Positions 38,813-51,491 of a stretch of 64,000 nucleotides of DNA are shown here, piece by piece. The translations under genes and the position numbers were made by a program. Source of the DNA: Mobula hypostoma (lineage: Eukaryota); the NCBI RefSeq assembly GCF_963921235.1, contig NC_086097.1, positions 193,070,001-193,134,000 on the forward strand. Reading direction: 5' to 3'. The first letter of the stretch is position 1. Each line of letters opens with the position of its first letter. Under the pieces are notes generated by a model, which was given only the letters and a program-made list of their open reading frames with translations, made no database searches and was not told the DNA's origin.

Positions 38813-39844
38813 AGTAACCATGTTGTTACTGTCCATGAGTCCTGGAAATCACTAGCTCTACTCTTTCAGCTAGTACATATTAATTATTGCCACACTGACA
38901 TTACAAATGGCTGCAAATCAAGCCAGTACAACAACAACACAGAAAACCATGGATGTGTTCCAACTTGCACTCATTGTCCAGAGCATACCTTTACACATGG
39001 TGTCCATAACGGACTGAATTTACATTGCATGTGTTTGAACATTTTTAGTATAATGTCATTCATCATTCTTTCCATTCTCCCATCATCTGGCATTAAATGG
39101 AGTAAAGAGTGGTGATAGTGCATAAGTAAGTATTAATAGTCAATAATTGAAAGTTGAATGAATTATTTACAAGTTATCAATTGAATTTCATTCAAATATA
39201 TTCACACTCAATCACAGGGTTCACACCAGCTGAGCTCTCAATTCACAGGGGACCTTAAAATGGACAGAATTTGCTCATATTTGGGATATAGTTTAAAGAA
39301 ATTCATTGAGTCCATATTCCATTAAGTACCTTCTCCAGGAGAAGGCAGGCAGACATACTTTAAGGTAATGTTGCCATAAGGAGTCCATGAAAGCAAGGTT
39401 AAAGTACAAGAATGTTAGATGTAATGAGGCTGAAGTCAGATCATCTCAGAGGCAGCATGATCAGCTTTACGCATTTTGCAGTTGTTAGAAATTGTGGCAC
39501 CAATAGCTAGAATGCAAAGATGGAGAATGGACAGTTTACGCAAATCAAATAACAGCTGCAGGCGTATTAAAATTAGAGAGTGACTCTGGCCTGAGTTATG
39601 CAGAAGCCAGTAAGGATGAAAAACTGGGATCTGAGTCAGGAAGAATGCTAAACACCAGCCAAGTCCAGAAGGTATGTCAAGTGAGTAACCGAATAAGTGA
39701 GTTAGTGAATGAGTGTGAGTGGAACAGGGTTAAAATGGGGACCTGAGGCCTTGGCTCAAGACTGAAGGCCCAGTGGTGGACTGTCCTGGTGATGGAGGCC
39801 TGTTTGTGTGTATCAGTGGGTGGGAGGGTGGGAAAGAGACTTAA

Positions 39845-40440
39845 GGCTGATTTATACTTGTGCGTACTAGTTTACGCCATAGCCTATGCAAGTGGGCTAC
39901 GCCGTTGTGAGCATTTATACTTGTGCATTGGTGTGTCTGCGTCTCTCTGCAATTCACCGCCAAATCGCTAGTTGGCGGTGCGGTTTCTATGCCACTGTGT
40001 TGAGTTTCTTCATGTTGAGTTCAACACGAAGAAACTCAAATTTCAAACAATGGCGACTGAAACTGAAGGAGGCCTTCAGTGGCCTTCTATGGGTCCTGCA
40101 AAATCTATGTAAATCCTTTGTCATGGTCCTTCAGGCTATTCCCATGGATGCAAAGGAGCAAGCTGAGGAACATTTCTCACTCGCTGATGAGGTTAGCATA
40201 CTTTGACCTTCTCTTCAATGGTTACATCCAACCCTGGCCACCAGAAGTAGCTGTGTGTGATTTCTTTCATGGACACTATGCCACAGTGTACTGCAGGTAG
40301 CTCACCACAAATTTGCTTTCTTAATGGTGGAGGAATGACAACACAGTTGCCCTATAGTAAACATCCTGCTTGGACTGTGAGCTCCTTCCATCAAGCCTGG
40401 TAAAATTTCAGTTCTATGGTTGGTTCTCCTTTGCACTCAT
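39845..40440. mobile_element. Probable Harbinger-type DNA transposon fragment
   Basis: TAA|GGCTGATTTATACTTGTGCG start with an internal repeat of ATTTATACTTGTGC. CpG-rich. Second end not found. Confidence 0.4.
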
Positions 40441-40443
40441 GAG

Positions 40444-42925
40444 TTACCAAGACAACCATTTAGATAGAACAGGGTCACAGTTATCAGAGCTGTAGGTACT
40501 TCCTTGAAGTAAAAGAACTCTTTCAGGGATGGTTCTGGAGCTGCAACAGCTATGGAAAGTCCATCGGCATTCAAATAGTGCTTGAACCTCCTTGTATGTT
40601 ATATGTATTGATGTGCAGATGGAAACAAAACACAACATTGCTTTCAAATAGCAGCCATGGAAGTAATGCCTGCATATGGACCAAAAATTGATGTCAGGGG
40701 AAATGATCTGTCCGTAGTATAAATCATTGACCAAAGAAGAATTGATGGAATTTCTTAACTCCAATACGAGTGCTTCCTGCTCAAACTGGGCATAGTGGCT
40801 TTCTGCTTTGCTTAACGTCCTTGATATGAAAGCAATTGGATGCTCTTCACCTGGTGGCCTGATGTGAGGGATAACTGTTCTCATACCATAGAGTGATGTG
40901 TCGCAGGCCAACTGTATGGGCAAGGACAGGTTGAAGTGTGTGAGTGCTTCAGATTGTGACAAAGCTGTTCCGACCTTTTTAAAAGCCCCTTCACAGCGAT
41001 TTTTCACTACTAGTGTGTTGATTTACTTAAAAGCTCATTAAGTGGTTTCAGCATGCTAGCTAGGTTAGGAACAAACATTGCGTAGTATGTTAGCAGTCCT
41101 AAGAAAGATCTCAATTGACTTGTATCCTGTGGTGATGGAGCCTTCACAATTGTGTTCACATTTTGATGGTGCCTAGTGAAGCCCTGAGTTGTCCTGAATA
41201 TTCTACCAAAGGTTGAAAGAACTCACACTTGTCCTTCTGGATGCTTACATATTCCTTCAGTGTTTAAACAGTTGACATTTCAGGCCATGACTCTTTATCA
41301 CATCCTGATGAAGGGACTCGGTCCGAAAAGTTTACTGTTCATTCCTTTCCATAGATGCTGCCTACTCTGCTCTGCTGAGTTCCTCTAGCATTTTGTGTGT
41401 GTTGCCTTGGATTTCCGGCATCTGCAGATTTTATCTGGAGTGTTCGTGTTCCTTGAGTCTTTGTTATGTAGCATCCATTTTTCCCAGTAATGAGTAAGTT
41501 ATCAAAATATCATTGCATCTGATTACACACTCAGGATCTGATCCATTTCTGGCTGAAAAAGTGTGAGAGCCAAGGTGATGCCAAACAGAAGGCTTCCTTA
41601 CCTGAGCATTTCTTTGTGAGTCATTATGGTCAACAATTCCTGTGACTCTGGCTCCACACACACCTGCAAATTCACTTGACACAAGTCAGTCTTGCTAAAT
41701 GTCTGTTCTCTGGCCAATCCATCAATGAGGGGAAGGTGGTATTGTTCAGCGATAAGAACCGGGTTAATGGTTACCCTGAAGTCTCCACGAAGACTTCCTT
41801 TTTAGGACAGTCTTTGGTTGACAGTGTCTCTTTACTTTTACAGACATATTCAATACGTCCCTTTTTGCCACAGCTTTGGCAATCTGAATCCTTATACTAG
41901 TTTTCTTTTGCTGAATCCCCAGTTTTGCCACAACAGTAACTTTGATTGCCAATAGATGTCTAATTCTGAAAGTCAATGGAGCTTTATGAACTTGGGAAGA
42001 TGCACTTATAACTGTGCTACTTGAGCTGCCATCTCCATAGATGTGCTAATCTAAATTGCCTTCTGTAATGCTAGTCTGTCTTCTGTAAACAAACATTTCT
42101 GAATTGCCTCACTACACAGACCACATGAGAATCTATCATGCATCATGCCATTCAGAGACTGCCCAAAATCACAGCCAATTGCTTCAAGACCACCACAAAC
42201 TGTGAAATAGACTCACCTTCTTCTTGATTCTTTTTATGAAATCTAAACCTCTCAGCGATAATTAAAGGCTTAGGTGAACAATAGTCCATTAAGAATTTAG
42301 CTTCATGTGTCCTTATAAGGCTCGTCGCTGGGCTTAGCAGGTTGCACTGCACCGCACAATAAATTAAATATTTTTGCACCAACCACAGTCAGAAATGATC
42401 TGAAATTTGATTTGGTAGTGCAAAATATACACATCTTTCAGTATATGATCTCCATTAATCTGCCCCATCCTTCCAAACATCATTGTCATTTTCAAATACA
42501 ATCACATGCCAGAAATGTTAGCTGGTCTTATCCATCTCTCTCATTTGTTTTATTGAACTATCCCGCTCTCATTCTCTCCCCCAGATTCTTCACTCACCAC
42601 ACTTACCAGCGGCTGTTTTACCCACATTACACAGTGTTACACTGCCAACATTGCATACGGATGTTTTTTTGTCGAAGGAAACAAAACAAGAAATATTGCA
42701 TAAGGACTTGTCAACTCATCGCTAGATGTTCTACTTCTGGTACTGGGAAGCTGGGTGGCCGTGAATAACACACACGAGAGACAGAGAGGTGAGGGACAAA
42801 CGTGCAGCTGTTTATTTTGCTTGTAAGTCATCTACCCAGAATGCCCTCCCACATTATGTTCGATACATAACACACAGCAAAGTTCAACAGCAAGCTGTAA
42901 GGGTCAAAATATACATGAATACATG
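40444..42925 (-). mobile_element. Second Gypsy LTR retrotransposon, heavily decayed
   Basis: gag LIIAERFRFHKKNQEEGESISQF (42152-42382). RNase H LACDTSLYG...PIAFISRTLSKAE (40444-41007). Possible LTR at about 42650-42925. Penelope pLTR nested at about 41300-41430. Confidence 0.8.
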
Positions 42926-43088
42926 ATAGTTGTTGCTTTTGCTTCTTCTGTTGTTCTGAACATTTTGGGTTTGCTACGTTGATGCCAGACTATGGCAACA
43001 CTGTGTGGTTGCCCCCTGCACATCCTTAGGTGCAATGGTTGTTAGTGCAAATGGCACTTTTCCCTGTATGTTTTGATGTCCATGTGAT

Positions 43089-43806
43089 GGAGCTGGTGGT
43101 AGACCTGAGGAGAGCTAAGGTACCAGTGACCCCTGTTTCCATCCAGGAGGTCAGTGTGGACATGGTGGAGGATTACAAATACCTGGGGATATGAATTGAC
43201 AATAAACTGGACTGGTAAAAGAACACTGAGGCTGTCAACAAGAAGGGTCAGAGCCGTCTCTATTTCCTGAGGAGACTGAGGTCCTTTAACATCTGCCGGA
43301 CGATGCTGAGGATGTTCTACGAGTCTGTGGTGGCCAGTGCTATCATGTTTGCTGTTGTGTGCTGGGGCAGCAGACACCAAAAGAATCAACAAACTCATTC
43401 GTAAGGCCAGTGATGTTGTGGAGATGGAACTGGACTCTCTGACGGTGGTGTCTGAAAAGAGGATGCTGTCTAAGTTGCATGCCATCTTGGTCAATGTCTC
43501 CCATCCACTACATAATGTACTGGGTGGGCACAGGAGTACATTCAGCCAGAGACTCATTCCACCGAGATGCAACACAGAGCGTTATAGGAAGTCATTGCTG
43601 TCTGTGGCCATCAAACTTTACAACTCCTCCCTTGGAGGGTCAGACACCCTGAGCCAATAGGCTGGTCCTAGACTTATTTCGTAATTTACTGGCATAATTT
43701 ACATATTACTATTTAACTATTATGGTTCTATTACTATTTATTATTTATGGTGCAACTGTAACGAAAACCAGTTTCCCCCAGGATCAATAAAGTATGACTA
43801 TGACTA
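43089..43806 (+). mobile_element. Rex1/Babar LINE 3' fragment, near-identical to 10282-11020
   Basis: Long identical stretches with the 10 kb copy. Same (TATGAC)n tail. Confidence 0.92.
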
Positions 43807-44054
43807 AATACACCTGAATCTGAAAGCTCCAGAAACTCATCAAGTATTAGTACTTTTAAGAAGAACTCATAGACTGTGGAAACTAGTCCGAAGAGTTCAT
43901 CTTTAATGCAAGGCAATCAGCATTTTCAGTTAGGAAATGTATTGGGACATCCAAGAGTTGTTTAAGACCCATGTGAAAGCTCTTTGTGTGAAAGCTCTTT
44001 GCCCTAATTTTCTGTTGTTAACTTTACAATAGTTAGATCCAGATTCCAGTTCTA

Positions 44055-44185
44055 GAGTCTTGATGAAGGGTCTCAGCCTGAAACATCGACTGTACTCTTT
44101 TCCAGATGTTGCCTGGTTGCAGAGTTCCTCCAGCATTTTGTGTGTGTTGCTTGGAATTCCAGCATCTGCAGATTTTCTCTTGTTT
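44055..44185 (+). mobile_element. Penelope-like pseudo-LTR fragment
   Basis: TGATGAAGGGTCTCAGCCTGAAACATCGACT...TGTGTGTTGCT...CAGCATCTGCAGA. Confidence 0.8.
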
Positions 44186-44479
44186 CCAGTTCTATCTGAC
44201 GGCTGGATTTGGGAAACTAACCACACTCAAGCATCGATCAGGCAGCAACTAAAAAAGAGCAGATGAGTAACTGGAAAGCTACAGATGAAACACTGCAAAA
44301 TACATAGGCAAAGAAACACAAAAGAATGGACTTAGAAAGAACAATATTTAACAAAACCTGAAACTCAAAGGTGAAATATCCCATTCTGTAAGTGTAAATG
44401 AATCCAATATGCTGGTAATCTTAACACAAATGAAAATCCTCCCATTCTCTCATGACAAGCTCATCTTTGCTACATGCTC

Positions 44480-44790
44480 TTGCGCTTCTTCCAAGTCCCG
44501 AGTAGCCACGTGACTCTACCACGCCGTTACTTAGCGACAGACTGTTCGGTCGCCAGGCAACCCGGTTAGCTAATGGTGATTGGCTGTAACATGAATCAGC
44601 GGCAACATTGTCCCATAGTGAACGGCTTGTGCCTCCTCCTATCCCTGGGGTCGGCAAGTGTGAACTCTGTGCAGTTGCATCCCCTGACACCCACCCCCAT
44701 CCCAGAAAGAACAGCGCAGAAGAGAAGTACATTTTATAGTGTGCCTATTCCCCGATGGCGTCAGTCATTAATCCAGGTGGGAATCCCATG
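44480..44790. promoter_or_regulatory. CpG-enriched promoter-like region with RFX X-boxes, E-box, CCAAT and MYB motifs
   Basis: CACGTGAC 44507-44514. CCGTTA 44524-44529. GTTACTTAGCGAC 44526-44538. GTCGCCAGGCAAC 44549-44561. ATTGG 44579-44583. Many CpGs in apparently non-repeat DNA. Confidence 0.65.
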
Positions 44791-46388
44791 AATCTTTTGT
44801 AGTGGCGAATAGTTTTAGTTGTGTTGATCTAATGACTGTAGAGGCTAACTGATAACGCATGGGTATTGGTAGTGGCGCTGGGGAAAAAATAACTGGCAGA
44901 GGTTGAATGAAAATGAAAGGTGATTGGGAAACGCCGCAGGGGAATGTGTAAGTAGAGTTTCCTGGTCCTTCTGGAAATGTATTGAGTAAAGGATTAACAA
45001 GCAAGTGGTGATATTCGATGATGAAACAAATGATGAGCGAAATTAGCTAAACGAATATAGATTGTGAATGAAGTGCAAGACTGACACAAAGCGCAGCTCG
45101 GAGTACGGCTCCTCACTACGATCTGAGCATTTCATTCCAAGACAAAGCATTTGGGGGAAAATAAATTAACATGGAATACATTTGGTGTAAATCGGGGGCG
45201 CAAACACTTGCGATCACCGTATTAATGGAATGTTTATTTAAATATAATGACTGCAAACCACATAAGTAATACAGAGATTAAAATAATAGATTGGGGGAAA
45301 CAAACTATCTTGAGAGGGGGGATTGCGTTTAGGAAAAGTAATTTGGGGGAATAAGGCACATAGTGCTACTTTGGAACTACTAAAATATGTTTAAATTCGG
45401 GGAAATGTTCCCTTAATAAAATAAGAATCAATTCACACAAGTGAAACACCACAAAGAGAAAAGCTTAAAACGGAAACTAAAGGAAACGGCATGTGCTGTG
45501 TGCATGGCTGATGGATGATAGGAAGATTTAAATAATAAATCATACTGTATATGATGATTAGGAAAGAAGTGACAAAAAGAAATCAGGAAAGCAAGAATAG
45601 TAAGATAGCATATTAAAGTATAACAAAGTAAGTATGCAACAATAGAAAAGTCAATAGGGAGAGGGTCACTTAGGATAGCACAAATTAAATTCACTGTAGA
45701 ATAGCAGAGACTTTGCCTCAGTATTTGAAGAGACAAGCAACTGAAAAAAGATTTGAAAACTGAAGGGAAGATTAACACAAAAGCATAGAAGATGGAGAGA
45801 GGAGACCATGTAGAAAAGAAAAAATTGAACGTCCAGAATTTTAACACATAAACAGAGAAGTGCTTACTGGATGATGGAGCCTTTGAACACAGAGAGGGAA
45901 TCTGGTTGATGATTTATTTTCTATATCAGACCTAACCAAGTCTGACAAATTGGTTAAGTCCTTATTAAAAGATGAAAGGCTGCCCCTCCAGGTTATATTG
46001 GGCTTTGGAGACAAAAGAGACTGCAGGTGCTGCAATCACAAGATGCTGGTGAAACTCAGTAGGTCAGGCAGCACCTATACAGTGAAAATGACATTTAACG
46101 TTTCAGGTCAAGACCCTTCATCTGGATTTTGTTAGAATGCGTGCACATTCTTGGAACAATATAAGAAGCCAAAGTTGGATAGGGAGAATTAAGGTGATAC
46201 TCAGCTGGAAAATTGAGTTAATACAGCATGGAACAGAAATTTTCTGCTGAGCTTTCACGGGGTTTAAATTTATGTTTTCCAATATAGATGGGGTTACTGA
46301 CTTCAGTACAGTGGACCAGGTTGAGTGTACTATATTGCCATGGATAGGGGAGTGGCTAACTATGAGAAAACAGTTGGGATAAGTAGGT

Positions 46389-46610
46389 GCAACACACACA
46401 AAATGCGGAGGAACTCAGCAAGCCAGGCAGCACCTTTGGAAGAGAATACGGTTGACAGTTCAGGCCGAAACCCTTCACCAGGACAGCCTTCCTGCTGAAG
46501 GGTTTCGGCCCAAAACGTAGACTGTATTCTTTTTCCATAAGTGCTGCCTGGCCTGCTGAGTTCCCCCAGCATTTTGTGTGTGGCTTGGATTTCCAGCATC
46601 TGCAGATTTT
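46389..46610. mobile_element. Palindromic Penelope-like pseudo-LTR pair (degenerate)
   Basis: Inverted arms meeting at about 46484-46489. Decayed hammerhead cores. Confidence 0.8.
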
Positions 46611-47197
46611 TGGATTGGCAAACAGTAACTGGTGGGGAACCACAAGAATCATGCTGGAACTCAAATTGTTTCAAATCTGCGTTGTTGACTTTGAAACAAT
46701 ATTTCCCAAACCAGAAACCCTGGATAAATCAAGAGATTCACGTTCTGCCAAGGACTAGGCCTGTGGCATTCAAGATTAGCAATCCAGAATCCTGCAATAA
46801 ACCCAGGAACACCAGCATGAGAGCAGAATGGCAATTCTTGGTGAAATTAGAGACATGCACAACAACTGTGGCAAGGTTTGCATACCTTTCCTTCTTATAA
46901 GGTGAAACCTAAGAGCATAACTGGCAGTGATGCTTCACTCCTGATGAGCTCAATGCCTTTTATGCGCACTTTGAAAGACAGAATAACACTACACCTGTGT
47001 GAATCCCCACAGTGTCTGGTGATCTCATTATCTCTGTCTCAGAGGCCAACATCAGAACATCCTTCAAGGGGGTGAACCCTCGCAAAGTGTCAGTACCTGG
47101 ACAGTGTACCTGCCCGGCTACTCAAACCTGTGCTCACCAACTGGCTGAAGTGTTTAAGGACATTTTCAGCCTCTCATTGGTGCAGTTAGAAGTTCCC

Positions 47198-48679
47198 TGT
47201 CATGGTCCGGATCGGGGTCCCTTTAAATTTACCTTGTTTATGTTACGATCCGGACCGTTGATTCCCTGTTTTCCCATGTCCCTCAACTTCAGTGATTAGA
47301 GGCAATTAACGCCTGGCTGAACTGGTAGTTTATAGTCTCCGGCTTTCAGCCGTTCGGGACGGGAGCATCTGCAAAGTCATCTAAGGTACGGTGTGCTGAT
47401 GTCATCTGGCCGGAGCAAGCCTAGTCTCTGCCAAAGCGAGTGCCGGTAATTCGCCCTTCATCACCGGAGCAACCCTGTCCAGTTACCTTGCCAAAGCAAG
47501 CCTGCAAAGTTTCCTCACTGAGGTGGGTCCGTCAGTTAACCCGCCGGAGGGAATCAAGAACCGCTGTCGACTGTTCCCGGGTCAAGTCGAGAGCTCGCCA
47601 CTACCCGAAGGCTCCAAGTCAAGTCCTGGCTCCAGGGGCATTCAAGTTTCAAGTCAAGTCCTGACTCTGGCGGCATTCAAGCTCCAAGTCAAGTCCTGTC
47701 CCTGGCGGCATTCTAGCACCAAGTCAAGTCCTGGTCCTGGCGGTCTGTGATTCCTGTCCTACCCCCTTGTCTGAATCCCTTCTCTGCCCCTCTGGCCTCT
47801 AGCCCTCGTCTGCAGCCCCCTCTTGCACTTTGGGTCTAGTTCCATCACCGGAGCTAGATAGGTACTGTCTGGTGTTCATTCGTGTTGGTCTTGTCTTGTC
47901 TGATCCTCGCCTCCATGGGGGTAAGTCTGGCCATCTTGCGATTGTCCCGCGGGGAGTCATGTCTTGTCTTGTCTTGTCCTTGCCTCCATAGGGTAAGTCA
48001 GGCCGTCTTGCCGTTGCCCGCGGGGGGGTCATGTCTTGTCATGTCTTGTCCTCGCCTCCGTGGGGTAGGTCAGGCCGTCTTGCCATTGCCCCGTGGAGGG
48101 TCACGTTCTGTCTTGTCTTGTCCTCACCTCCGTGGGGTAAGTCAGGCCGTCTTGCCGTTGCCCCGTGGAGGGTCATGAGTCCCGGCCCTATGTCCTGATA
48201 CCCAAGGAGTGGTCCCGGCTCTCTGTTCTGTGTGCGAGTCCCAGCCCTATGTCCTGTACCCAAGGAGGGGTCCCGACTCTGTGTTCTGTGTATGTGTCCA
48301 TGGTTCCATGTACCTGCTCCCCTAGAGCAAGGCTCCATGTTCCCATTTTCCTCCTCTCCCTAGCCCATGTCATGTCCTTGCCCGGTTCTGGGGTCCGAGC
48401 CCGAGGCAAGACCCAAGTACTGGGTCCTTGTCCAGTCTCTGGCTCGGAGTCCATACCCTAGCCTCTTCATGTCTCCTCTTGTTCTGGGAGCTGATTCCAA
48501 GTCCAAGCCCAGACTCTTGGTCCCAGCCTAGTCGTAGTCCTGAGACCTTGTCCAGTTCGCTATTTCCTGCTCCTGCCTTGCTCTCCTGGTATCGAACAAT
48601 AAACTAAATCTAAGTAACCTCACAAGATGTGTCTTGCATGTGGGTCCACCCTTGCTCCCAATGCCCCGCCATTGTGACA
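47198..48679. mobile_element. Long solo LTR (1482 bp) with internal minisatellites
   Basis: Ends TGTCA...TGACA. 5-bp TSD TTCCC at 47193-47197 and 48680-48684. AATAAA at about 48598. CpG-rich. Confidence 0.85.
47885..48178. repeat. ~59-bp tandem repeat (4-5 units) inside the solo LTR; a ~36-bp repeat lies at about 47610-47745
   Basis: Recurring GTCTTGTCCTCGCCTCCGTGGGGTAAGTCAGGCCGTCTTGCCGTTGCCC unit, and a recurring CCAAGTCAAGTCCTG unit. Confidence 0.9.
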
Positions 48680-49416
48680 TTCCCACCTGCTTCAAAAGGG
48701 CAGAGGTCATACTGGTGCTCAAGAAGAGCAGGGTGATCTGCAATATTAACTGGTAGCACTCACTCATAATAGAATGAAGTGCTTCATGAGGCTGTTTATG
48801 GCTAGAATTAACTCCTGCTTGAACAAGGACTTGGACTCACTACATTTCACCTACTACCACAACAGGTCTACAGCATACACAATCTCGCTTACTCTCCATT
48901 GTGCTTCGGAACCCCTAGAAAATAGCAAAACATACATCAAGCTGCAGTTTATCAACTACAGCATGACATTCAATACCATCACCTTCCCCCCTCGGTTTTA
49001 ATCAATAAGCTTCAAAATATTGCCTACAGTACCTCTCTCTAGAACTGGATCCTCAGGAGATAACTGTCAGCATGTACTGATGATAGATAACACCTCTACT
49101 TAATTGTGACTCAACACAGGTGCACCTCAAGGATGCACATTTAGCCCATTGCTCAACTCTGTCTATACCCAAGACTGTGTGGCTAAGCACAGCAGAAATG
49201 CCACCTCTAAATTCACAGACGTCGTTGCTGTTGTTGGTATTGATGGCGATGAGGAGTCGTACAGGATTGAGATAGGTCAGCTTGTCTAGTGGTGTGGCAA
49301 CAACAACCATGCAACCAAGGAATTGATTGTGGGCTTGAGGAAGAAATCATCAGGAGAATGCACGCTGGTCCTCACTGAGAGGTAGTGATGGAAAGGATCA
49401 GCAGCTTTGAGTTCCT

Positions 49417-51491
49417 TTTCTTTCTTTACTTTTTCAATATTTTTATTGATTTCTTACATAAAAGAATACAGAGTGCAGGAGGATATATATTATATATCAA
49501 CTACAATATATTTAAATCACACTTATAGTCTCATTAACCCATATTCATGTAAATTAAATTGAATCGCAGTATTGAAAAGTAATAATTTTATTATACAAAA
49601 AAAATGTAAACCCACTACCAAGAAATGCTGTTTGGTAAAGAAAGAAAAAAGGAAAAAATCCTTATTATATAGTAAAACATGTTACTTGCCAACATCTGTA
49701 CATAATAACAAATCAAAGATTTTGAAAATAATTCAAAAACGGTCCCCACAATGTTAGAAAGTCTTGTCTGGATTCAGAAATTGAACAATGAATCTTCTCT
49801 AAATTTAAGGATGACATAACATCGCCTAACTATTGAGCATAAGTAGGCGGAGCAACATCCTTCCACTTAAGCAAAAATTCCCTCCTAGCTCATGGAGAAA
49901 TAAAAGCCAAAATGTGCAAATCAGGTGTCTCCAAGCTGTGAAGGCGACCCTCTCCGCCATGAGGAGGTATTTGGTGTCCCTATCCCAGACCTTTCCACAC
50001 CTTCGGGACACTTTCTTCACCGTCTGTAATGGTCCTACCCGTTACTTCATCCTCCATCGGATCCATGCCTGCAATCGCTGTTTTTTTGACTTTGTCATGT
50101 TAGGCAAAGATCGCAAGATCTTACATCTGCAGACGCCAGAGCCTGCTGGCCCTGACGCAAGCAGGCATGAACTTCAGATTGCGGTCCCCGCCATTGATCT
50201 CACCGGCTCCAACACCTCAGGGCATATTCAAAACCCGGACTCCAGCAACGACCATGGACACCTTCAAAGCGATTGCGCAACCACCAACTGCGACGCCAGC
50301 CTTGAACTCCAGGCCGGGTCTTTATGTGCTGCTATTGTGACTCCCGTCTCCCCTTCCCCCACCACCACTCTGCAACCCCGTCTCCCTCAGATCCCACCGT
50401 CAGCTCCTGGGTCCTCAGAGGCTCCATCTTCCTCTCACCCCAACCCTCCCCTCTCCACTGACAGTCCCAGCCTCCCCCCTCCCCCTCTGATCCTAGCTCT
50501 CATCCATGCCAGGTCTTTACCATCCTCTCCGACCTTCAACTGTCTGAGGCAGAACGCTCTGTCCTCAATAAGGGCCTCACCTTTGTCCCCCTTCACCCAC
50601 ACCTCAGCGAGTTCCGTGTTCGCCATGATGCGGAACTCTTCTTCCGCCGTCTCCGTCTCCAAGCCTACTTCTTCAGCAAGGACACTTCCACCCCCACCGA
50701 TGACCCCTTCTCCCGTCTTCAACCCTCCTCCTCTTCATGGACACCCTGCTCTGGTCTTCTGCCTGCTCTGGATCTCTTTATTGCTAACTGCCGATGGGAC
50801 ATCAACCGTCTTGACTTCACCGCACCTTGTTCCAACTCCAAGCTCACTCCTTCCGAATGCTCTGCTCTCCACTCCCTCCGCACTAATCCTAACCTTGCTA
50901 TAAAACCCGCCGATAAGGGGGGTGCTGTTGTAGTCTGGCTTACTGACCTCTACCTTGCCGTGGCACCCCGACAACTCGTGGATACCTCCTCTTATTTACC
51001 CCTCGATTGTGACCCCACTAAGGAGCACCAGGCTATTGTCTCCCACACCATCACTGACTTTATCTGCTCAGGGGATCTCCCATCCACTGCTACCAACCTT
51101 ATAGTTCCCACACCTCGCACTTCCCGTTTCTTCCTCCTACCCAAGATCCACAAACCTGACTGTCCTGGCAGACCTATTGTCTCAGCTTGCTCCTGCCCCA
51201 CCGAACTCGTTTCTGCATACCTCAACACGGTTTTATCCCCCCTTGTGTTGCTTGTCTCCAAGATAGTATCTTTTTCTCCAACAATACCGAATAAGGTAGT
51301 CAAAGGGTTAGGTTTAAATTTTACTTTGAAAAGTACAGAAAAAGTTTGGAATATGTCCTTCCAATATTTTTCAAGACTCGGGCACGTCCAGAACATATGA
51401 ATTAATGAAGCTTCTCCATTGTTACATCTGTTACAATAGAGAGCTATATCAGAATAAAAATGAGACAGCTTATCTTTAGTCATGTGGGCCC
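49417..51491 (-). mobile_element. L1/Tx1-like LINE 3' fragment (C-terminal CCHC), split by a Penelope insertion
   Basis: CNRC...ASLIHMFWTCPSLEKYW motif (51250-51483). A-rich tail at about 49417-49450. 9-bp TSD TGAGTTCCT at 49408-49416 and 51492-51500. Confidence 0.85.
49936..51252 (+). mobile_element. Penelope-like element, N-terminal/early RT portion
   Basis: KGLTFVP, IKPADKGGAVVVW and LPKIHKPDCPGRPIVS motifs. 10-bp TSD TGTCTCCAAG at 49926-49935 and 51253-51262. Confidence 0.9.

Noticed and set aside
47610..48178. Repeat array resembling CRISPR
   Set aside because: These are head-to-tail minisatellites without unique spacers inside a eukaryotic LTR, with no cas genes.
49833..50903. 356-aa plus-strand ORF as a host gene
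   Set aside because: It is a chimera of antisense L1 sequence and a frameshifted Penelope N-terminus.
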